Shown here in pieces: positions 24,954 through 39,200 of a DNA stretch of 64,000 nt. This DNA is from Toensbergia leucococca (Eukaryota), in NCBI GenBank assembly GCA_022813965.1, contig JALDZS010000101.1:1-64000 (forward strand), in the 5' to 3' direction. The translations under genes were made by a program, and so were the position numbers. A model generated the notes under the pieces. It ran no database searches. It saw only the letters and a program-made list of their open reading frames with translations, and had not been told where the DNA came from. The first letter of the stretch is position 1; every line of letters begins with the position of its first letter.

Positions 24954-26096
24954 CTACTCCTTGATCCCCGTCCGCCACCCTACCTTCATAAGCGTCTCAC
25001 AGGCCTGCTCCGTGGAGTTCCTCGTAAGATCATCATCAAGATAGATCTCGCCGCGGGGGTACAGTACAATAACCGTGCTCCCACCATAGTAGAAAGCTCC
25101 CAGGCATTGCCCTCTACGCACCTCGGTCCCCGCCCGCTCAACGCCCCCAACGTACTTGATCGAACCGACCAACATGGCGCCGACAGCAATGATAGCGATC
25201 AAAGAGCCCGTCGAAGATCGCTGCAGCGTCATGACTGATCTCTTATTCTCGCAAAAAACATCTAGAGTCCCTGGCTCATTGATAGCCTGCGGGTTGACCG
25301 TAAAATACGCACCGGGAATATCCTTGACGCCCTGAACAGTGCCCGCAACGGGCGCGTGCCATCGATGATAATCCTGCGGCGCCAGGCGAGCAATCACAAT
25401 TGAACCGCCGTCAAACTGCTGCGCTAGGATTTCGTCGTCGAGCAGACGTGCGACGGTGAATCCGTAGCCTTTGATCCAGTACTTTGTTGCGAGGTCGATT
25501 GTCGAAAAGGCGGTTAGACGGCAATCGGCCGGGCTGGATGCAACGAGGTCGTTGTCCGGATCGGCAATGGGGCGTGCGGATTCTCTGATTTCGCGGGCGA
25601 AGAAATCGTTGAACGTGGGGTATTGGGAAGGGTCGGGCTGCACCATTTCGGATAAGGTGTCCTGCAACTCAAAACTTTGGATAAAGGGCTCAATGTGGGC
25701 TTTACTCTCGGGGGTGTCGTATTCCTTGCCCATTTTCTCGCTTTGGGATTTGAGAAGTGCCAATGTCCTCTTGCACTGCAGCACCTTCTCCTGCTCCGAG
25801 CCGTAGTACAGTAGATGCATGCCAACCCGAACGTAGATACTCATGGCCTCGAAACTCTTTTCGCCCGTCTGGCGATCGATGACATAGTTGCCCATGTGGA
25901 ACTTGGACTCGAGGTTCTCCATGGTGGAAGGCGGGAGGATTTTGGAGAGCCATGCTGTGGCGCCTTCGTGGGTGGCGGGCCGGTGGAGGTGGGTTTTTGG
26001 GTTTTGGTACTTCACTTCAGCGGAAGTGGTGAGATCTTGGAGGGCTTCTGAGCTTGCTTGGAAGCCTTCGGGGCTGGTAGTGATGGGGTCGGCCAT
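24954..26096 (-). CDS. Phosphatidylserine decarboxylase proenzyme, short PSD2-like form without C2 domains, intronless
   Basis: TFNDFFAR, SPADCR, RLAPQDYHRWH, VGAMLVGSI and autocleavage motif YGGST. Confidence 0.92.
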   Translation of the reverse strand: MADPITTSPEGFQASSEALQDLTTSAEVKYQNPKTHLHRPATHEGATAWLSKILPPSTMENLESKFHMGNYVIDRQTGEKSFEAMSIYVRVGMHLLYYGSEQEKVLQCKRTLALLKSQSEKMGKEYDTPESKAHIEPFIQSFELQDTLSEMVQPDPSQYPTFNDFFAREIRESARPIADPDNDLVASSPADCRLTAFSTIDLATKYWIKGYGFTVARLLDDEILAQQFDGGSIVIARLAPQDYHRWHAPVAGTVQGVKDIPGAYFTVNPQAINEPGTLDVFCENKRSVMTLQRSSTGSLIAIIAVGAMLVGSIKYVGGVERAGTEVRRGQCLGAFYYGGSTVIVLYPRGEIYLDDDLTRNSTEQACETLMKVGWRTGIKE

Positions 26097-26425
26097 GGTG
26101 GATGTGAGGATAGAGTTGGTGCGGTGGATTCGTGCCAAGGCTTGGCAAGTGACCGAGGGGTACGGAATTGTTTCAGTACGGAGTACCTATTCAATAGATA
26201 CGAGTATCTAATTGTTCATCACATTCAATAATCTTGATTCGTTAATAATCAGACAGTCCAAGTGTCGCAATAGAGTGAACTTAAGGCTACTCCGTAGCTT
26301 TAGGGCTAAAATCAATGCTGTGAGGGTTTGAACCCGAGTTCTGTTATCGGAATGGAAAAGACATCATTTCCATGGAAAACCCCATTGCTATCGACACACC
26401 TTTAATTGGTCAGCACTTCACCCCC

Positions 26426-28983
26426 TTATTCCACCATCCAGCGGTCATCATCCTCAGCAACGTCATAGTCTACTTCCACCGCATGCTTCATGCTATTGTC
26501 CCCATCCCCATTCGCGTCCCCCATGCCCGTATCACCGTCTCCGTTCGCGCCACTCTGCTTCGTCGATCCCAAACCAGAGACAGGTGGTAACGGTGTGTTG
26601 ACCCATGCAAAGTCCACCTTGCCCACCGATGGAATATCCTTGGAGCTGTGTATAAACTTCTCTGCCGTGAAGCGATCTTTGAACGTCACGATTTGCGAGC
26701 CGCTGTGATCTGGATGCGCTTCGATGGCTTCAAATTCGCCAACGCCCTATTGTATGACAACTATTAGCTTTCCTTTGCTATCACAATGCAGTGTCACGAC
26801 GGATTTGGGGAGGTGCCACTCACAAGCAAATACTGCCGTAGACCCTCATCCTTTTCTCCATCAAACTCTACTCCCGACACCGCCACTTTCTTCGTTCGGT
26901 TATCCAAATGATATGCCCCACCCCCTCTTGCCCCCCGAACGAAAGCCCCTCTAACCCGAAAGGCTCCCCTCGGCGATTCATAGCTTGCACCTCTCCCAGC
27001 GAAACCCTCCCAACCTCTATAAGAGCCCCGTCCTCTCCCCCTGCCTCGACCTCTTGCCGTCCACGGATCGTCAGTCAGCGCAGTGTCAAGCCCCAGACTT
27101 TTAGCCTCCGCCTCTAGAGCGGCGACTTGTGCTCTCAATGCCTCGGTCTGCGCGCTTGCCTTTCCATTCGTACCATTTGTCTTGATATCTGTGGCTTGCG
27201 TGCTGATATTAGAGCTCATCGCCCCAGGTTTTCCCTTTGCCGCCAGCTTCTCCATCAATTTCTTCTTCTCTTCTGCTTGCTTCCGATCCAGCTCTTCCTT
27301 TTGCTTCTCCAGCGCTTCCCTTTTGGTTTCTGTGTCCCTGAGCAAGGCTTTTTTCTCTTCTGATTTCTTTTGTGCAGCTATGACGTCTCGTTCGTATTTC
27401 TCTTTATCATACGTCTGCTCTTCTGCACTCGCTGTCGTCGAAGACTTTACTTTAGCTATACCGTTCGTTGGTGCCGTAGGAAGACTGTCTGGTTTATACC
27501 AGTACACTTTGACAAAGCGGTTATCAAAAATTACCTTGGGGCTTTCGTATGCTCTCTTTGCAGCATTATAATCTTCAAACTTGACCAAGGCTAAGCGCTT
27601 GTAGGCCTGCATGGTGACGTCGGTGACGTTGCCGAACGTGGAAAAGAAATCTCGCACCGGCTGCTGCTCGAATTTATCTTCCGGTATTTGTTCGACAACA
27701 ATGGTTGTGATGGAACGATCGTGGTTGGGGCCGATATGTGAGAAATCAGCGCGATTGCGCCTTTGCGGTGCAAAACTACCTCGATCTCCCCTTCCTCTAG
27801 GCTGTCCTCTACCCGATTCGTTGCCACGAAGCGCTTCGAATGATTTGTTCCCATTGGCGCTTGTTGGCGTCTTTTGTATATCCATCATTACCGAGTTCTT
27901 GGGATCATACTCTGCAGATCAATTAGCTTAGTTCATTGGCAATACCGTCTTCCGTACCATCCTGATCAGGCACGACCATATGATCGTTACCATGCTCAAA
28001 AGGACATGCGTTGCCTCTTGTGCAGAAACCCTTCGTGTCGTAATCTCTACATCTTGCATTGATTTTGTTTTTCATAGGTGTATCCAACACGGGTGAACGC
28101 TGGCCTCCAGGTTGAGGATAACCAATCGGCGACCCTACAGAAGGTAAAGGTGGCATTCCAGCCAGAGCGGGGAATCCCATAGCTTGTATAGCTAACATGG
28201 CCGCAACGGGATCATTCGGATCAAAGGGTAAGCTAGGTGGCGCTGACGGTATACCTGGGAAGCCTAATGGCGGCAAGGCAGGTAATGATCCAGATGGTAG
28301 AAACCCTCCTCTTCCACCTCTAGCATTAAATCCTTCACTTCTCCCTCCCCTACCACCACCTCGCCTTATTTGTTTCATCTGTCTATCGTCTCGCCCGTAA
28401 TGAGGATCGCCTCCAGCACCGTTCTCTGTTCTATCGTTGTACGAGCGTTTTCGCGATTGTGGAAAGCCCCCCTTAGGACCAATCCGATCGTCAGTCTGCG
28501 AATATGAGGCGACGGCAGGACCGGTAGGAGCACTGAATGAAGTAGTGGGAAGGCCAGCACTTTGCGGTGGGGCATATCCTGGCATGTAGGACCTGTTGCG
28601 AATAGCTAGAAAGATGGCATCGACAAAGGATGCGGTATCTACAAGAAGTGAATTTAGAGATCAGCAGAGCTCGAGTGTGCGTAAGCGATATGCTGGATAT
28701 TCCTTACTATCTTTCAGAAAATCCTCCAGGTTCTCGATGGCATTGAGCCTCAGTTCAGGCTCAGGTGTATCCGCACGTAGTAAAGCCAGAACATAGTCGG
28801 CCAAGACGTCAGAGTCTGCATCAGAGCTGTTTGCAGCAAGCAGAGGTCAGCGCGCATTGTCGAGAGCCTTCAGGGCCGCCCTCTTTCAAGAATTTCCCCC
28901 AAAAGTGGTGCAACATACATGTCTTCGAGCTTCTTCACTACCCATGTTTTGAGCTCTGCGGCTTCTTCATCTGAGATCATCAT
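26426..28983 (-). CDS. PWI, CCCH zinc finger and RRM RNA-binding protein (RBM26/27, Rmn1-like)
   Basis: LKTWVVKKLED/SDADSDVLADYVLAL (PWI), CRDYDTKGFCTRGNACPFEH (CCCH), IFDNRFVKVYW (RRM) and a second C-terminal RRM. Confidence 0.92.
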
Positions 28984-29569
28984 TCTTGCGGGCTGAGTGT
29001 CATGTACCTGTTGAACTCGAGCGCTGTTATATCTGATGAAGGACGATGATGAAACTGAGGTCAGGCAGCTGTGGTGTTTCTTGATCTTCACGCACAATTA
29101 CTGCCGTTCCAGCGCGTTTAGACTCTAGACTCGGTCTATCGGTCCAAATATTTCCCGACATTGCCCCTAGCTTTATGGAGTTCGTAAACCTTCCCTTATC
29201 CGTACGGAGATACTTATTACACAGACTCGTCAATGCGCCGATGAGATCTATCAACATCCTGCCCCCAGAAGCGTTCATGCGCAGAACATTTCGGCATGTT
29301 CTTAGATGAAACAATATCGATATCAAGTTGTCAATTCTAGTCCGTCTAGCTACATAGTACATGCAATCAGAAGAGACCAGCGCATCGAAAGTAAAAACAA
29401 AAGAAAATCTCCCCCTAATGCAGTCCTTCATTTATGATTTCCACATACATGACCTCTTCCTTTTCTCGTATCTCATGAAACGTCTAAGACTAATGTGAAC
29501 CAACGTCTCCAACATGCGTACATGATTCAATGGACGACTTTGTCTCACTTGACAGAAGGAAGAAGGCTT

Positions 29570-32491
29570 CTATAGCTTATCATAGTACTATTGATAAATG
29601 TTAGAAAGCGTTCAGTCTTGTAGTAACACACTGGGATACCTACATTCGAGACATCAGGTACAACTTCTTTAATACCCTTTCTCTTTCGCATTGTCTGTAC
29701 AATTTGGCCAGGTTTCGTTGTTGGGTCAAGTGGTGAGCCACCTGGTAAAATCTGCCAATGATCGAAGATCAATTGAGGGAACGCCTGGCCGCCAGTATTT
29801 TGTCGGAGATCGGCGGTGAAGCCAAAGGATTCGTTAACAGGTAGGTAGGCTTTGACGTTGAAGAGTGGGGTTCCGGGACGCTGTTCTTCGGAGAATACAT
29901 GACCTCTCCTTCGGGTAAGCACACCGTAGATACCACCCATAGCCTGTTCTGGAACCTGGATCTCGACCAGGTAGATGGGCTCAAGAATACCTGGGTCTGC
30001 CAGCAGAGCTGCAGCGTAGAGCACACGACGAGCAGTGGGGATTAGCTGTCCACCTCCGCGGTGGATAGCATCAGCATGGAGTGTGACGTCCATGATGTTA
30101 AAGCGCACTGAACGCATTGGCTCTTCAGCAACGGGGCCTTCTTTTGTGGCCCATTGGAAGCCAGATACAACGGAATCCTTAATTTCACTTAGGTACTGGA
30201 CAGCCTTTGTTTGATCGACAAGTAAATTGGCACCATTGGTTTCTGGACCGAAGCACCAGATCTTTCTCGCATCGGTGACATCCCAACCATGTTCGTCAGC
30301 CAAGATACGAGCACGAATTTTGAAATCATCACGAGGACCAATCTTGCCAGACTCAATGTCTCTGGAGACCTCCTCGTCCAATGGTTCCGCAGTGACATAA
30401 AGACGATTGTGCTTGTTTGGCGATTTCGATAGAGCAGTGATACTTGATTTGCCTGAAACCGATTCACGGTAAGAAACAACCGGGTCCGAGATGCGAAGAG
30501 GTACACCGGCGTGATCTTCCTCAAGATCCTTCAAACAGATCTCTAAATGCAATTCGCCAGCACCGGCAACGATATGTTCACCCGATTCGTTGATATAGGT
30601 AAGGACACAAGGATCTGACTTGGAAAGACGCTTGAGACCTTCAACAAGTTTGGGGAGGTCGTTTGCGTTCTTGACCTCAACTGATCGCTGCACAACCGGA
30701 GAGACGGAGAATTTCATGACTTTGAGATTATGGGCGGTATCAGAAGTGGTAAGAGTACCAGACTTGAGTAAAAATTGATCGACGCCAACCAATCCAAGGA
30801 TATTACCAGCTGGAACATCCTCAATAGGCTCGATAAATCGACCCATCATCAAGATCGTACGCTGAATGGCCTTGATGAACAAATCTTCCTTCTTGCCAGG
30901 GGTATAATTGGGACCTTGAATGCGGACCTTCAAGCCAGAGCGAACAGTACCAGCGAAGACACGTCCGAAAGCGTAGAATCGACCCTTGTCCGTGGTCGGT
31001 ACCATTTTGGAAACGTACAGCATGAGAGGAGCCTTGGGGTCACAGTCACGAATACCAATGCAAGCCTCATCATCTGGGGGGCCTTCATATAGAGTTTCGG
31101 CACGGTATTTTTGAGCGGTAACGGGGGATGGAAGATGAAGAACCATCATCTCAAGGAGTGCGTCTGCAGCTGGCAAAAACTTTCGCATAACTACTTTTAG
31201 CAGTGCCTTTCCTTCCAATTCTTTTTCTTCACCAGAAAGCTTGATCTCGAGTTTTGTGAGAAGGGTTGGGATCTCCTCTTTTTTGAAGTTCATGATAGCA
31301 CCGAAAATCTTGAAGATCGGATCCAGAATGAATTGATTGAAAGCACGCTCCAAACGCTCGCCATCGTGCTCCCCGACCTTGGTCCATTTCTTGGTTTTGG
31401 GGTTAAAATAGTTGTCGCCCTCGAATCATTGTTAGCATATTATTTCTGAGAAGATCTAGTGGACTGATCTCACCCAAAGTCGTTCCATCATTTTGGCCCT
31501 ATCGACACCGAATTTCTTGGCATACTTGACGGCAAATTGGCGGACGGTGAAAGCCCAACCATGTAGACCGGAGCCAAAGGCAACGGTTCCTTTGTATGGG
31601 TATACCTGTACATCACCAAGAGCCTTGTCAAAGTAAGTGGAGATGACGACATTGACGGATTCGATTGTTCGTGAGAAAGATTGGTACAAGTCTTCTTTGG
31701 AGACTTGCAACTCGAGGAGAGCACGGTCAACTTTGTTAATGATGCAGACAGGCTTGATACGTTCACCAAGGGCCTGACGGAGTACAGTTTCAGTCTGCAC
31801 GCAGACACCTTCGACGCAATCGACCACTACGAGGGCACCGTCTGTGACTCGAAGAGCGGCTGTGACTTCAGATGAAAAGTCAACATGGCCAGGGGAATCA
31901 ATCAAGTTGATCAAAAAATCGTTTCCGTCAACTTTCTGGGGGATATCCTTGATATCATCCTCTTCTGATATATGGGCATATAAAGAGATGGCGGTTGATT
32001 TAATTGTGATGCATCGGTCTTGCTCATCTTTTCGAGTATCTGTAAAACGAGCTTCACCGGCCTTGGCTGCAGAGATGATACCAGCGCGCTGGACGAGGGA
32101 ATCGGTAAGGGTGGACTTTCCGTGGTCGACTTTCCAGACAACATGATTAGAAGATGATTAGATCAAATATTGGAGATGCAGAGCTTACCATGGGCAATGA
32201 CAGACATGTTACGGATATTGGCAGCCTTGTCCATAAGGGCCCGGATCTTACATGCTGTTAGCCAGGTCTCGAGACTCGAATTGATTCAACATCAAGGAGA
32301 TTTTACCTCTTCGACGGTAAAGCTGTAAAGATCAAAGATGTTAGCCAGGGACTCTAGAGCATCGAAACTCTTCGGCAAAGACAATCTCCACCCCCAACTC
32401 TGGTACACCAACTCAAACGCTTAGTGGCGCTGATTGTCGAAGTGTATTCCAAATAGGAAGGCTCATTGCCAAGGATGACTTACTTGACCAT
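29570..32491 (-). CDS. EFT2: Translation elongation factor 2
   Basis: MVN|FTVEE start, [31 protein letters not shown], diphthamide loop [12 protein letters not shown], terminal exon YYDKL*. Confidence 0.98.
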
Positions 32492-33232
32492 CTTGACGGT
32501 ATTTTATCTCAGACTTTGTGAGATTTTCTTTGCGATTGCGATAATCGAGGGATACTAAAACCCGCTTTCCAGAACCGAGGGCTCGCTCGGCCTGTTGTGA
32601 TATCTAGGGATGATATCGGGGTTTGGGGTGATGTAGTGGTGCAGCTGGGAGCGGAAGACTGGCTTGGAAGTGTGGAAAGAGGGACAAGGAGGACGGTTGT
32701 TGGTGAAGAAATAGAATAAATCAAATTGGGCAGTTAGTGTGATTTGAAAGCTCGCGCTAAAGTAAGCGCATATTGCCCCGCTATGACTTGAAAACGCAGT
32801 CACAGACTCACAGGCCCTTAGCGACAACGCTCCCAGAAAGGGTCTGGTCAATGAGTCACCCAACCCAAATACCCAAAGTATACGATAGCAATCCAAGCTG
32901 AACATCAGAGTCATTTTCACCTTCTATGAGGTTGTGACTAACTCAAGTGCCAGTGTCCTACTGCGCCCTACACAAAAGACTCATTTTGGTCTGATGACAT
33001 TCTGATAGTTGACTGCTCGCATTGTCAGAGGGTATCTATAACTGAATTTGTGAATAGAAACATGAATTTAAAGACCCCTTTATGCTGAAAAAGAGAAGTC
33101 GCGATTGCAATTATTTTTTTACCAGCTTCTCGTCCAACCTTACGCCCAGCACCGCAATGTACTGCCGCTCTTTTCAATATCTATATTGAATGACGGTCCT
33201 TTTTTCGTGATAAGTCAGCCTAATTCTGTACG

Positions 33233-36200
33233 TTAAGAAGATCCTAGAATCTTCGAGTAAGCGTCTTCGACTTCCTTTGCGACTTCAAGTAACGAGACTA
33301 TCACAATCTGATGAACCAGGTTCGGTAGCCGTTCTCTATGTAGTCCTATCCACTCAAGAGGTGGAGTGGCTTCACCCATATCCCTCAGCTGTGGTGTCTC
33401 AATGACGGCTGGCTCGAGAGCAGTGTAGTTGTATTTGGATTGTGGCACATTGACGACTGCAGTGATCTTTTCGCGCTCGCCTTCTGGATTCCTCTGTCCG
33501 CCATCTTCACCCTCTGGACGCGGTCCGCCAGTGATTTGCAAGGCCGACTGTGGCAATGGCTTTCCCAGTCGGCTAGCTAGAGCACGAGTGTGACTTGCTA
33601 GCATCCCTCGAATAATGCCGATTCTCGAGTAGTTCCAACCTACGTCAACTTTACCCTGGAAAGAGCTCTTGAAGATGTAGTCGATCTGCCTCGATTCTGG
33701 AATCTGCCACGTTTGCATAGTAGCCACTACCTTTGGCACTTTGAGAATGGTTCCTCCTCGAGAAGTTGTTGCAGAGCTGACAATAGCCTCCACAGACACT
33801 TCTTTAGGTGTTGTGGGGGCGAGTGCTTTTGTGACACTGGCCAGAGCAACACGAAGTTGACCTAAAGTCATACCTAAGCTACTATGTATCTTCTCGTTTT
33901 CCAAGGTAACGGCGAAACGAGCCGATGCGCCCAACGCCTCCACCTTCAAGATCTGACTATCGAAGAAAGTGCCAGAGAATGCTCCAAGATTGACGGCCTT
34001 CAAAGTGACCACTACAATAGTGTGGAGCCGAAGCGGTGTTTGAATTGCTTCTTGATACTTCCGTGCTTCCTCCCTCGCAGCTGAGCGTACTGCAACAGGA
34101 TCTATAGTAGACTTTCGCCGCAGGAATTGTTCAATGTCTCTGAGTGAGGTCTCGTATGCGGCTTGCTTCTCTTGAATTAGACGTTGAAAGGCTTGATAAA
34201 GTGCAAGACCCTGAGATGCACTGGCAGTGGTACAGAACACTTGCACTTTGTCACCGTCCACGACACCAACAAGTCGGTCCCCGTCTTCAATCTGAGTATT
34301 CCGAACATTATACATTAGAAAGTCTAGAGTAGTCACATCCGCAATTAAGAAAGCTTGATAATCAAAGGCCGCTTTGACGCGCAGATGATCGAATCCTAGA
34401 GAAGCTTGGATCAACGGTGTCTCATTCTGCGCTTGTTCCCTCAATGGCCACTGAATTGCTGTGCGCACTCTGAAATTTTGTAGTTCGATGAACCCGCTCA
34501 TTCGCCCGGTGCTGTCCACAAGCACCTTTTCAAAGCCAAGGCAGAGGTTTTGCTCCCAGTCAGAAGTTTTCTTCGAAGAGACCCAAAGGTTGGATACTGT
34601 AAATGAGGATCTGCCTAAAGACTGGCCTAGATCTAATTCAACATATATTTTGGCCACGGCTACAGTAGCGTTCCAAGGAAATGCCCCTGCTGCCGCCACT
34701 TGTTGATAGCGTTGCACAACAAATGCTTGTGGCTCAGATGATGGTGTCGGCACACGAGGCGAAGAATGTCGGATATCAGAAGGAACCCAAATCTCTCGAA
34801 ATAATAGAAAGTCTTGTGATTGTTTGGCATTAATCTGAGCTTTCATGGGACTTATCTTGAGAATGGCAGAAAGTCCGTTTGCAGCGCTGACGTGCTTGCT
34901 GTTAATCACAGACATCACAATGGAATCGACTTCGAAGCTACCAGTAGATTCGCGTGAGTATACATGCTGTACAGATGCCTGCAGTCGAGTAAAAGTGGCC
35001 GATAACGTGAAGAACTGACCGATAACATTTGATTTCACTGTGTTGAGTGTGAGATATATGTCATCGAAACGAGCTGTAGCAGCAACTCTAGCAATAGGCT
35101 GACAGCTGAGAGTGAATTCCTGCCTACATATTCGTAGCCCGAGATTCAGTTTGCATTTACCAAATATTGCTCGGGGATCGGCAGTTCGGAGTGTCTCTTC
35201 ATCGAGGAATTTCGGCGGAGACGATCTTGGCTCTGATTGCTTTTCGTTACTATCAGGCTCACCAACGATCTCCTTGACACTCGAAGATATCTCCAGCACA
35301 AGTGGTACCACAGTTGGATAGAGTACATTAGAAGAAGCATCGACTTTGAATTCGGCGTTCAGCGATGGCTCATGGATGCCTGTGTCTTTATATTCGACCT
35401 TTAATGCAATACCAGGGGCACGCAAGGTTGTACTGCTAGCAGCGTTGTCTTGAGTGAATTGACCATAACGGCCATGCTGAGGCAGCCGTCCGCCTCCGAG
35501 CACATTGACTGCTAAAGACTGAGGATCTGAGACTCTTCTCCCTTGGATATAGACTACTGCTCCTGCAAAGTCTGCATCTACCAAGAGTGAAGCGAGCTTC
35601 TTGTTACCGAGAAGCTTCTTCTTTTGATCACCATTTTGGGCAGGAGAAGCACTCCAATTTGCTGCTGCTGTTCTTGACTCTTCGACCGCGAGCGCTATAG
35701 AACGTCGTAGGTCGCTAGCAGGCAAAATGAATTGTGATGTTAGTCGAAGGTCCAACGACTTTCCTGCAGCTTGGAAAGCTAGTCTGCGGTCTTTGATAGT
35801 CGATACGTAGGCAACATTGAAGACAACCTCTGGTAAAAGTGCCGAATTCAAAGATCGATCTTCTGGAGACTTCGATATAGGCACCATCTGCAATTGAAAA
35901 TCTTCAATAAGAAGACGAGCAGCGTTTTCCTTTTGGGTCGTTAGGTTGATTTTCTTGAACGACAAAACAAGATCTTCTGCCTCACGACCAGGAGACTTTA
36001 GCATGAATGTGCCCATTTTCCAACTGATCTCGATGTTTGTCATTTCAAGAGAGTAAATCGAACTAAAAAGAGCAATTGAGATAGCATCGTCTTGAGTATT
36101 GTTTTCAATTTTAAGAGACTCAGGAGGGTTGAACTTTTGCCCCAGTTTAGAATGCCTTAATTTACGCAAGCCATTGGCCTCATTGGAAAGATCAAGTGTC

Positions 36201-39200
36201 TTGAGCTTATCCTGTAGATGACCAAGTACCCTTACAACCATAGGAGCAGTCTCTGCGTAAAGGTTGACCTTTAGGATATCGCTTTGAGCCTGGTAAGCCC
36301 GTACAAGATCGCCAGAGTCATTAGATTTCGACGTGCTCAGCAAGGAAGCTCTAAAAGCAACATTGCCACACTGCCGCATCTCTTCATCATCGTATCGTTC
36401 AAGATCAGCCTTGATACCCCTAAGTTTGATATCAATCTCAGGGAAATCAATAGCGGATCCGCAATCTGGTCCTCTGTTGGCAGCTTTCACCTGGACACAA
36501 TCCAGATCAAATTTGAGTACGGTAGCTTCAGAATTGGGCAAAGTCTTTGGAATACTGGCAACTATGCTCAAACCCGCCAAAACGATGCAGGCGTCGTATA
36601 GAATAGTCTGATGAGATTGCACAGATTTGGTAGAAATCGACTTTTGAATCCCGAAGATTTCAGGATGGTGATCCTTTAATAAGCCAAATTCCCGACTCAC
36701 ACTCCCGATGAGGTTGGCGATTTCCGGACGATTTACTGCAGCGATCAAGGCATATACAGATGATCCATCTAGCGCGACTCTTTCGACCATAACGTTCACG
36801 GCCACAGATTTCTCCTCGCTGTGAAAATCGAGTCTCAGGCGACCATTGATAGGGGGCATCTGCATACTTGCTATCTTGTCAGAAGAGATCCTGGTATTGG
36901 TTATGAGTGCGTGGGAATTCTCTTTGATATCAAAGTCAATGACTGATTCAGAATCATCTACAGTACTTGGTCGGATCGAGCTTCGAGCTATCTTGCCACA
37001 AATTTCATACGTCAAGGAGGGTAGTAGTGTAAAGCGAATGAGATACGAGTCCAAGAAAAGAGCAGCATGAATTTCGTTGACGACTTCGTGCTTTGCAAAG
37101 GCCATTACTGGCTGAGTCTCATGACTGGTGAGACGTAGAGACTGCGTTAATTTCTTGACAAAGGCTACCTCATCCTTTAGTAGAAAATCCATCAATTCGA
37201 TGAAACCTAGCGGATCCTCTCGAATATCATACGACATTTCTCTGCAACATCCTACAAATTTTGAACTCCGTCTTTCAAGAGCCGCATTGATCTGCTTGCT
37301 TATAGCAAGGTATATACTTGGTCCACGTAGCTGAGATATACTGAGTACTTTTGAGCGATTCTGGATTTCTGTGCTTGCCGCATCTGCATTGACTAATATG
37401 CTTGCTGCTGGTCTCCAAGAGCTGGAGCGATCGTTAAGTATCATGATAGAAGCTTTGAGCCCTTTGCCCAACGAGACTGCCTTTAAGTTGATGCTGTCGA
37501 AACTTAGAATACTGGTCTCTGAGGCCATCACGATATGCAACTTCTGAGTTTCTTTTGTGACCTTGATTATGGAACGTCTACCTGCATTCGCTGGCTCTTC
37601 TTTCACCCTTTCCTTGTACAATTGAAGAATATCTTCCAACAGTTCACATAATTCCCAATTAAGACGAACAGCAATCTTATCGCAATGTATCTGAACCATA
37701 GAAGATATACCCTTTGAAATAAGAATAGGTGTGCCTGTAGCGCTGATCAAAGGTTCTTTTACCGCAACATCGATGAGAAGTCTCTCAATGACAAACTCAT
37801 TTTGATTCGGTCCAGGCTCTATAAGAAGTCGAACACCTCCTGCATTGATGGATAGCTTGATCGGTACAACCGCGTCAGATGTCTTGTCGATAGGGTCGAT
37901 CAAATGACCGTACACTCTTTGCATGAGAAGGCTTTCTCTTATGTGAGCTATGTCCCAGGTATGCCAATTTTCGAAACATGCAACCACACTGGTCATTGCA
38001 TTTAAGGGGCAAGTCATTGATTTTTGTAGAAATCGCGCCGCCATCCGGTCCTGCATAGGCTTAGATAGACGTTGATACACAAACCGGAGGCGTGATATCA
38101 TTTTCCAAGAGTCATTGGTCCTTAAATGATTGGGAGCACCACGTAAGACAAAAGACGCTCGGGTCAAGAACGGTGGATCCGGTATATCTCCGCCTTCATT
38201 TGCGAGCCAGACCACTAGTAGTCGAAAACGTACCTTCTGGTCCTCCATGATTGTGGAGAATTCACGAACTATCTCTTCTGACAAGACGGTTGTTTGGTTC
38301 ACTAAGGATGCCAAGAATTTGACCTTCCTGCTGGCACTCACGATTTCAAGGTCCTTGAATTGTATTCCACCGGATAAGCTTGCGTCGCGGAAAAGCCACA
38401 GCACTGGGTCGTAAATAACGCCGCGGATAATTGCTTGATCTTGAGGAAGATCTCCGATACGTTCCCTGGCGGACCAACTTAGATTGTCTAGTGTCATGTG
38501 AACCGACAATTGATCGCGGGCTGCATTCTCTGGAGTAGTCGATTTCTTTCCAGATGATCTTGCAGTCAAGCGGAGACTTTCCAGGCTGAGATCATAGCGT
38601 TCTTGGCGTTTCGTCGTATCTAATTCCTCAGTTACTGTGCTTACGAAGCGGAAATTCAGAAAAGGAACCTGGAAGTTGACTTCTATGATTTTACCATCGC
38701 TAGGCTCATGATTTCCTGCCTTCAATATGTCTGTCATTGCAGCGATTTGTAGCTCGTCTAGAAGTGTAACTGGGTCTTTGGTTTGAAGCTGAAGAAGTAA
38801 CGTATTGACTAGATGCAAAGCTTCGGGTGTACAAAAACCTGTGAGACCTGGGTTTAGATATACGATAAAGCTGGTTTTCGCCAGATCCTGGTTTGATAGC
38901 TGAGGTTCCACAAAATCCAAAGCAGCTTCTTCAACTGTACTCAGGTCAATGTAATCCGTTTCTGGCAGGTTAGGAACGTCGTGAATGTCCGGAATTATCA
39001 CGAGAAGAGGGAAATAGGGTGTTTTGTAAGGGCTGGAAAAAGCAAAGCCTGGACGAGATAGACTGCCTTTTGTGGTCTCGTGCTCTGTACGAAGACTTTG
39101 ATATGAGGTTTTTCGCGTGGATGAAGAATACGAAGTTCCCCTATCTTTGTCTCCTCTGGTCATTCCGAGACGTTGTTTATCAAAGTCTGTACGACCTGTT

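Noticed and set aside
26177..26300. TACGGAGTA motifs (also ~43233 and ~43384)
   Set aside because: Common intergenic motif in filamentous ascomycetes; nothing locus-specific.
26318..26345. GGGTTCAAACCC T-arm-like sequence on the minus strand
   Set aside because: No D arm, anticodon arm or acceptor stem could be folded, so it is not called a tRNA.
29545..29640. Unusual eEF2 C-terminus in the ORF track
   Set aside because: Read-through into the last intron; splicing gives the canonical YYDKL end.
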